Below, piece after piece: positions 55,893-64,000 of a stretch of 64,000 nt of DNA. Position numbers and translations under genes: made by a program. How positions within the stretch are numbered: position 1 is the first letter of the stretch; every line of letters starts with the position of its first letter. The DNA lies in the NCBI RefSeq assembly GCF_009914755.1, contig NC_060925.1. One strand, written 5' to 3'. This DNA comes from the human T2T-CHM13v2.0 reference genome, Homo sapiens. The notes under the pieces were generated by a model, which ran no database searches, had not been told where the DNA came from, and was given only the letters and a program-made list of their open reading frames with translations.

Positions 55893-56463
55893 GTGGACAT
55901 CTTTGTCTTCTTCCTTATCTTAGAAGAAAAGCTTTTAGTCTTTCACAGTTGAATATGATATTAGCAGTGGGTTTTAATAGATACTCTCTATTCAATTGAT
56001 AAAGTTCTGTTCTATCCCTAATTTGTTGAATGGTTTTGTCATAAAAGGTTGTTATATTTTGTCAAGTGCGTATTCTGTGTCTATTGAAAGAATCAATTGC
56101 TTTTGTTCTTTATTCTATTAATATGGTGTATTACATTGATTGATTTTTACATGTTACATTCCTGATATAAATCTCACATGGCTGTGATGTATAATCCTTT
56201 TGATATGTTGCTGAATTATGTTTGCTAGTATTTTGTTAATGATTTTTGCATCTATATTTATAAGGAATATTTTTTTCAGTCTATCATCTTCTTGTGATGT
56301 CTTTGTCTGGTTTGGTATCAGCATAATACTGGCCTCATAGAATGGGTTGAGAAATGTTTCCTCTTCTATTTTGAAATATGAAACTATGAAAACTTTGTGA
56401 AATATCTGTATTAATTTTTGTTTAAATAATTATATAGTTTACCTGTGTAGCCATCTGGGCCTG

Positions 56464-56499
56464 GTGTGTGTGTGTGTGTGTGTGTGTGTATGAGTGTGT
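56464..56499. repeat. (TG)n microsatellite
   Basis: About 13 pure units plus a degenerate extension. Confidence 0.9.
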
Positions 56500-59400
56500 A
56501 AATTTTTCAACCTCTTCTTTTGGTATTTACATCTATTCTGATTTCTGTTTCTTCTTAAGTCAGATTCATTAGTTTGTATCTTCCTAGAGTTTGTCAATTT
56601 CATCTACGTTATTTCGTTTGTTGGAATATGATTGTTCATTGCATTTTGTACAATCCTTTCTATTACTGGAAAGTTGATGGTGCTGTCCCCTTTCATTCCT
56701 GATTTTAGTAATTTGAGCCCTGTCTCTTTTCCGTGGTTAGTCTATCTAAAAGTTTATCAAATTTGTTGATTTTTTCAAGTAACCAACCTTTTTTTCTATC
56801 GATTTTCTATTCTTCATTTTATTTATTTCCATTCTAATCTTCATTATTTCCTTTTGACTTGCTCTGGGTTTAGTTTGCTCTTTTTTTTCTAATTCTTCAA
56901 GGTAAACATTAGGTTGTTGATTTGAGATTTCTTTCTTTTTTTTTTTTTTTTGATACGGGGTCTTCTTTTATTTATATAAGCATTTACAGCCATAAAAAAA
57001 TTTTCCTCAAATCACTGCTTTAGCTACACTTCATAAGGTTTAATATGTTTTGTTTTCTTTTTTATTCATGTCTAAATATTTTCTAATTTCTTTCTGATTT
57101 CCTCTGTGACTCATTAGTCATTAGTTGACTGTTGCTTGATTTGTATGTTTATAGGTTTCATAATTTTTTTGTTATTAATATTTAATTTTTCCCATTGTGG
57201 TTGGAGAACATACTTTGTACTCTTTCAATTCATTAAAATTTATTGAAACTTGTATTAGGTTTAACATATGCTCTATCCTGGAGAATATTTCATATGCATA
57301 TTTGGGAGGAAGATGAATTCTTCTATTGTTGTGTGGGTGTTTTATAGATAACTTATATCTCATTGGTTTATAGTGCCATTCAAGTCTTCTATATTCTTGT
57401 CAATGTTCTGCTTGGTTATTGTACCCATTTTGAAAGTGGAGTATTGTAGTCTCTAATGATTATGGTGAAATTATCTCTTTTTCCCTTCACTTCTAGTTGT
57501 TGCTGCATGTATTTTGGGCTCTGTTGAGAGGTGTACATAATTTTTTGTGGTTTTTTTTGTTTGTTATTATCGTGTCTTCTAGCTGAATATACCCTTTTAT
57601 CATTATAAAATATTCTTGTCTTTAGTAACAATTTTTTCTTACATTTTATTTTGTCTGATAGTCATAAAGCCATTCCTAACAAATTTTTGTTGTAGTTTAT
57701 GTGGTATATATGTTTCCATCCTTTTACTTTCAACCTATTTGTCTGTAAATCTAAAATGTATCTCTTGTGGATATTATATAATTAAATCATATTTTTTCAT
57801 TCATTCTGCCAATTGTTGCCTTTTGATTGGAGTGCCTAATCAATCTTCATTTAATGTAATTGCTGATAAAGTAGAATTTACATGTGTCTTTTTGCTATTT
57901 GTTTTCTATATGCCATTTTTGTTTCTCTATTCCTCCAATATTGCCTTCTTTTGTGTTAAATAAATATTCTAGTGTACCATTTTAATTTCTTCATTGTTTC
58001 ATTCACTATGTTTTTAAGCATTTTTTTCGTGGTTTCCCTGGGAATCAGAACTAAAATCTAATAGCAATTTAATTTCAGTAGTATACAAAAATTGGTTTCT
58101 ATATAGCTCTATTCTCTTCTACCCTTCAATGTGCTATCATTGTCATGTGAATTATGTGAATTACATTTTATGTATTATAAGCCTATCAACACGGTTTTAT
58201 GATTGTTGCTTTCTGTAGCTGTCTTTTCAATCAGGTAGAAGTTATTTTTACTAGTTCTCTTTATTTCTTCATGTGGATTTGAGTTACTGTCTAGTGTCCT
58301 TTTATTTCAGCCTACAGAACTCCCTTTAGTTTCTTTATACAGTATAAATCTGTTAGTGAAGAATTCTTAGTTTTTGTTTCTATGGATATGTCTTCATTCA
58401 TTTTTGAAAGATAGGTTTTTTTATTTTATTTATTTTTTTTAGATATAGAATTTTTGGTTGCAGTCTTTTTCCTCCAGTTCTTCAAATACATCATACCACT
58501 TTATTCTGGTCTCCATCAGTTTTAAGGAGAAATTGCTTGTTAGCCTTATAGAAGATCCCTTACATGCTGAGTCTCATTTTCCTTGCTGCTTTTAAAATTC
58601 TCCGTCTTTTAACAATCTGATGATATATCTAAGTGTGTATCTCTTTGAGTTTTTCTTCTTGGAGTTTGTTGAGCTTCTTGGGTGTGTAGATTAATGTTTT
58701 TCATCAAATTTGAGATTTCACCCATTCTTTCCTCAATGATTTTTTTTTAATCCATTTTCTCTCTCTTCTCTCTTAGGATTTCCATTATTCTTTAGTTGGT
58801 ATGCTTGGTGATGTCTCACAAATCTCCAAGGCTCTGTTCCTTTTTGAAATTCTCTTTGATTTGCATTCTTCAGACTGGATAAGCTCAATTTGATGAGACA
58901 TTATTCCTGTACTTTCCTTTAGTTTTTAGACATCATTTTCTTTAATCCTTTGGACATATTTATGATAGCTGATTTAAGCTCTTTTCTTAAAGTTCAATGT
59001 GTTTGCTACATCAAACAGTTTCTATTGGCAGCTTTTCTTGTGTATGGTCCATATTTTTCTAATACCTTTTATGTTTCAATTTTTTCTTAAACCGAACATT
59101 GTAAAAACTATTATGTGGCAACCCAGGAAATTAGATTCCTCTCCCTTCCCAAGGTTTGTTTTGTTGTTCATTGCTGATATTGTCCTCTTTAGTAACTTTT
59201 CTGAATTAATCACATAAAGTTTGTATTCATTGTTGTGCATGGCCACTGAATCACTGATTGTTTTGCTTTGTGGCTAACTAATGATTAGACAGAGATTTCC
59301 TTAAATTCCTTGAAACAATCAGTCTATTGGCCTCTCCAGAGTGCTGTGTGTGTGTATTACAGCACTCTGTCAATGATCTGGCAGGCAGATCACATTTCTG

Positions 59401-59523
59401 CAATAGCCTTTACTTCTCATTTGTATAGAACCTCAAGATAAGCAAGAGGCATTAAGGGTTTCTTAGATATTTCCTGGACATGCACATGGACTTCTACTTT
59501 CACAGGAGCCTTTTAAGGCTTTC

Positions 59524-59979
59524 TGTACTGGGTTGAATAATGGTCCCCCCAAATTTGTCCACATGGAATCTCAGAATGTGACCTTATTTGGGAATATATT
59601 TTTCTCAGATGTAATTAGTTAAGATGATACCACAACAGCTTAGGGAGGACCCTACGTTGAATGACTGGTGTCATGGTGTCATTATAAGGAAGCCATGTGA
59701 TGACACAGGAGTACACAGAGGAAGTCCATGTGAAGACAAAAGTGGAGATTGGAGTGATACAGCCACAAACCAGGAAACACCAAAAGAATTATGGCAATCA
59801 CCAGAAGCAAGGAGCAAGCATGAAATAGATCATTCCTCATTGCCTTCAGAGGTGACAAACCCTGTCAACACCTTGACTTCAGATGTCTGGACTCTAGAAT
59901 TGTGAGACAATACATTTCTATTATTTTAAGCCACCTAGTTTGTGATCCTTTATTACAGCCGCCCTAGGAAACTAACATA
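59524..59979 (+). mobile_element. MaLR solo LTR (MLT1B/C-like)
   Basis: 'tgtactgggttgaataatggtccccc...aatgtgaccttatttgg...gccctaggaaactaacata'. Confidence 0.85.
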
Positions 59980-60040
59980 CCCCCTGCGAAAACCTCATTC
60001 CCCAGCTTTTCTTTTAACCTTTTTGGTCAGCAACAATTTT

Positions 60041-60072
<32 letters not shown>

Positions 60073-61274
60073 TGGTACCAACTATTATCCCTGACTTAGA
60101 CAGCTGCCATGTTAAACAATTATCTCTGATTATATTTGACAAATGCCTCAGGGAAATGTTTAATCAAATAATGACAAGTCATGAGAGGTAGGGTTTCCAG
60201 CAAACTTCCAGACAGGTTGAATAATGACATACTCTATGGGGGCAGGGCTTTTTGGGAAAACCAAACCTGTTGTGCCCATCTAGTGGCTGCTAGGCTGCTA
60301 TTTCATGGCTACTGTGATTATCACGGAACTGGCTACTACAGAACTGAGGGGAAGGGAATGCAAATGGAGTAGGTTGAAGCACCACAAAGCTTACTTTTCT
60401 TAACAAGATTCACCTGTTTTCCTTGAATAGATGCTCCTCAGATTGTTGAAATCTTTAGGTTAATTTTCAAATTTTGAAAAAGTTGATTTTGAGAATTTTT
60501 GCCAGTGTTCTCATTGCTCTTGTGGAGTAGATTTTAAGAGATCTTTATTTCAGTACTCCAGAAGTGCTGTCTCCAGTGATTGATTTTTTTTTTTATGAGA
60601 CATGGTCATTTCTGATAATTCATAAACAAAGTCAACTACCTCAACCATAATTCCCTAAGTGCTTTAAATGTGTGAAAGTCTTTTTGTTTTTGTTTTTGTT
60701 TTTATTCCCCATATAACGGGGAGTGATACTGTAAATGCATTACTTCACCTTCCTCTCAGACATAGATAAATGTATAAATAATTGAATGAGTGGAAACAAC
60801 ATGACCCAGGGGAAAGAAAAATGAGTGTTGGGAGACAAGAATAGGCGGATTTTTGTGATCTCATTTTAAAACTGGCCATAGATGAAACAGGATAGTTATT
60901 AATGTGCTATGAAAGGGTCAAATCGCTTCTTAGCCCTATTTTGTTTTACCATTAGAAATGTCTCCATTTACAGCCTAATGTGTCATATGACCAATTCAAA
61001 TGGTAATTTTCTTTAAGAGGTAGATGCTCAATACTTTAGGGAAACTTGCATAGGTAAAGGCCGATCATGGTGGGAAATCAAACAACAGGCAGGAATGGAT
61101 GTGCTTGACAGTTGCCTGTATTATTAGACACTAGAAAATATTGTGCTGTCTGATTTTGTTTTTTCTTTACTGAAGAATGAGAATAATTCTTCCTTTAATA
61201 TCCCTCCTCTGAAAGGTAAATGAGATAATCCTATAGCCCTCGCAAGACAATTTGACCTATAGGATATGTCACTT

Positions 61275-63640
61275 TGTTTCTAATTAATATTTCTAAACAA
61301 AATTTATTGCAGTATAAGTTACATCCAATTATGGAGTTTAATGAGTTTTTGACAAATATTCAGACCTGTGTAACCACCCCACCTTCCCCTTTCAGAACTT
61401 TCTATCACCTCGAAATGTTCACTTGTGGCCCTTTACATTCAAACCACCCACCCCAAATTCCAACTCCAGGCAATTGTTGATCTTTCTGTCAACATAGATT
61501 CATTTTACCTTTCTCAGAATTTCAAACAAATGGAATCATGCAGTATATACTCTTTTTAATTCAGCCTGTTTTTCTCAGTATATTGCTTTTGAGATTCCTC
61601 CAGGTTTTTGTGTGCATCAATAGTTCATCATTTTTCAATGCAGAGTAGTACTACATTGTATGACTATACCCCAGTTTGTTTACCATTCATAATTTAATAA
61701 GTACTTTATTTTTTAGCAGTTTGGGGCTGTTGTGAATGAATCTGCTATGAATGCTCATATACGAGTCTTCATGCGGACATTTATTTTCATTTGTCTTATA
61801 TAAATGCTGAGGAATATAATTACTAGGTCAAAAGGTAACTATATATTTAACCATATAAGAAAATGCCAAACTTTTTCCAGAGTATTTACACTATTTTACA
61901 CTCTCACCAGCAATATACGAGACATCTAAATAGTTCCAAATCCATGTCAACACTTGAGAGTGTAAGTCTTTTTAATTTTAGTCATTTTAATGAATTTATA
62001 GAGGTATTTCAATGTGATTTGAATTTGCCTTTTCTGAGTAACAAATAATGTAAAACATCTCTTTAGGTAAAGATTGATTGCCCATTTGTATTGTTTGTTT
62101 GTTTGTTTGTTTTGAGACCAAGGTCTCACTCTGTCCCCCAGGATGGAGTACAGTGGCGCAACCATGGCTCACTGCTGCCTCGACCTCCCTGGACGCATGT
62201 GATTCTTCCAGCTCAGCCTCACAAGTAGCTGAGACTACAGGTGCATGCCTGTACACCTGGCTACTTTTTGTGTTTTTTGTAGAGATGGGGTCTCCCTATG
62301 TTGCCCATGCTGGTCTCAAACTCCTGGGATCAAGTGATCCTCCTGCCTCGGTCTCCCAAAGTGCTGGGATTCCAGGTGTAAGCCACTGCACCCAGCCAAT
62401 GTTGTCCATTTGGATGATATCTTTTTTGAAATATGCACTCACATCTTTTACTGGGTAAATATTGAGTTATCTTGTTGATGCATTGAAAGAGTTATTTATA
62501 TATTTTGGATATGAGATATTCATTTTTTCACTATGAGATATTCTCATGAGATATTATTCATTATGAGATATTTCACTATATTCATTATAGAATGATGAAT
62601 ATTCACAAGTTGACTTTTGCCTCCCAGTTTGACATTTGCCTTTTTATTTTCCTGTTTTCCAAAGAACAAGTTTTTAATTTTTACGAAGTTCAGTTTTTCA
62701 ATTTTGTCCTGTTTTCTTCTAGAAATGTTATAATTTTAGTTCTGATGTTTAAGTCTATAATCTGTTTTGACTTAAATTTTGTATGTATTTACAATAAGTG
62801 TTAAAGTTCCTTCCCACACTCACTCCCAATATGAGTATCCAGCTGTTCCCACACAATTTATTGAAAAGACTATCTTTCCCCCATCGAATTACTTTGGTAC
62901 CTCTGTCAAAAACCGCTTGTCTATATTTACTTTTATTTAAAGAGTCTGTAATTTTTATGTGGCAAGTACTTTGGTTTTTTTCAATATTGGTGTTTAAGAT
63001 CTATCAGGACAGGACAGAGGAGGCTTTATTCTATGGCTAGCTTAAGCCCTGCTCTCAAGGCCAACCATTTTGGAGTTTCTAACAAATGTTCCAGGTATTC
63101 AATAATGTCTGTCTTCACTCTGGCTGTTTGGAAATGGAATATCCTCCTACTCTCTATGAACTCTGTGAATTATTTAACTTACAGCTCTTTAGTAGTTTTT
63201 CTTATCCTGGCCTCATAGAGTTTTATTGGATGCAAGCTCAGCTTATTCAGGCAAAGACTCAAGGGGATTCCTGGGCAAATGTTTGGAGTTATTTTTCTTA
63301 AAAATTCCCTCTTCTCTGCAACCCAGCCCTTCCAACTTGAGCTGCCTCGGTCTCCCTGAATTTGGTTTTACGTCTCCTCACTCAGTGAGAGTGTTATGCT
63401 CTGCTTGTTCCCCCACTGTGCATGCTAGTTCAGAAAAGGTTCCCATGCAGAAACCTCAGGTAATTATGGGACTTGCCTTGTTAGTTTCCCTTATCTTATG
63501 AGTCACAGTCCTGCAGTTCCTATTGCTCAAGATCTGAACATGATGTGTCATGTGCTTTGTCCCATATTCTAGTTGTTTACAGCAAAAGAGCAAATCTAAT
63601 ATCAGTTATTCCATAGTGGCTATAAGTGGAAGATTTTGGA
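61275..63640 (-). mobile_element. Ancient L1 fragments (L1MD/ME-like 3' end plus upstream pieces)
   Basis: 'tgagttttgacaaatatt...tgtaaccaccc', 'aatggaatcatgcagtatatactc' and 'ttattgaaaagactatctttcc'. Confidence 0.75.
62091..62397 (-). mobile_element. AluJ with (TTTG)n tail
   Basis: 'accatggctcactgctgcctcgacctcc' and 'ctcctgggatcaagtgatcctcc'. Confidence 0.9.
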
Positions 63641-64000
63641 AACAGTGCTTCTTGAATTGTTTCATGTCTCCGCACTGTCAGACATACAAATTACTGATAG
63701 CCTTGTTGGAAGGATTGAATGGTAAGCATGCTTTATAAATTAGAAATAGTAAATTGCTCTGGAGAGATCTGAAGTTCCATCTCCATCAGAACTATTTGCT
63801 TACACTCTAAGAGTGATAAAAACCTAGAGACACCTTCCTTTCCTCTCCCCAGAGAGGATCTGTTTACATTTCAGAGCAGCAAGATCTCTTTCATTCTCCC
63901 CTCCCTTCAGGGCAGGTAAGACACATGTGCCAGCCATCTTATAGAAGCTTCAAGCATCATAAATAATCAATCAAGTATCAATAATCAATATCAAATTTAC

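Overview
This window is AT-rich primate (most likely human) genomic DNA, not microbial. I cannot support any intact protein-coding gene, RNA gene, CpG island or CRISPR array in it. It is dominated by transposable-element fossils: a full-length Tigger1 DNA transposon with three Alu insertions, a Tigger3/Golem MITE, several long decayed L1s (mostly on the minus strand), about 17 Alus, about 12 solo LTRs (MaLR THE1/MST/MLT1, ERV1- and ERVL-type), and L2, MIR and hAT fragments. Nearly all ORF-track hits are Alu, L1 or Tigger translations, or chance ORFs. The most notable structures are: (1) a 321-bp locally templated insertion inside an Alu, copied from 1.44 kb downstream (50330-50650 vs 51773-52093); (2) an essentially consensus, CpG-intact AluY (Yc1-like) that may be polymorphic and sits about 90 bp from an inverted Alu; (3) an old L1 with a twin-priming-type 5' inversion; (4) a GATA/AP-1/CACCC/CCAAT motif cluster at about 29.5-29.95 kb; (5) small tandem repeats (41-bp x3, 33-bp x2). 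I found no convincing novel biological system. Repeat subfamily names come from memory of consensus sequences and need RepeatMasker/Dfam confirmation. I could not identify the locus.
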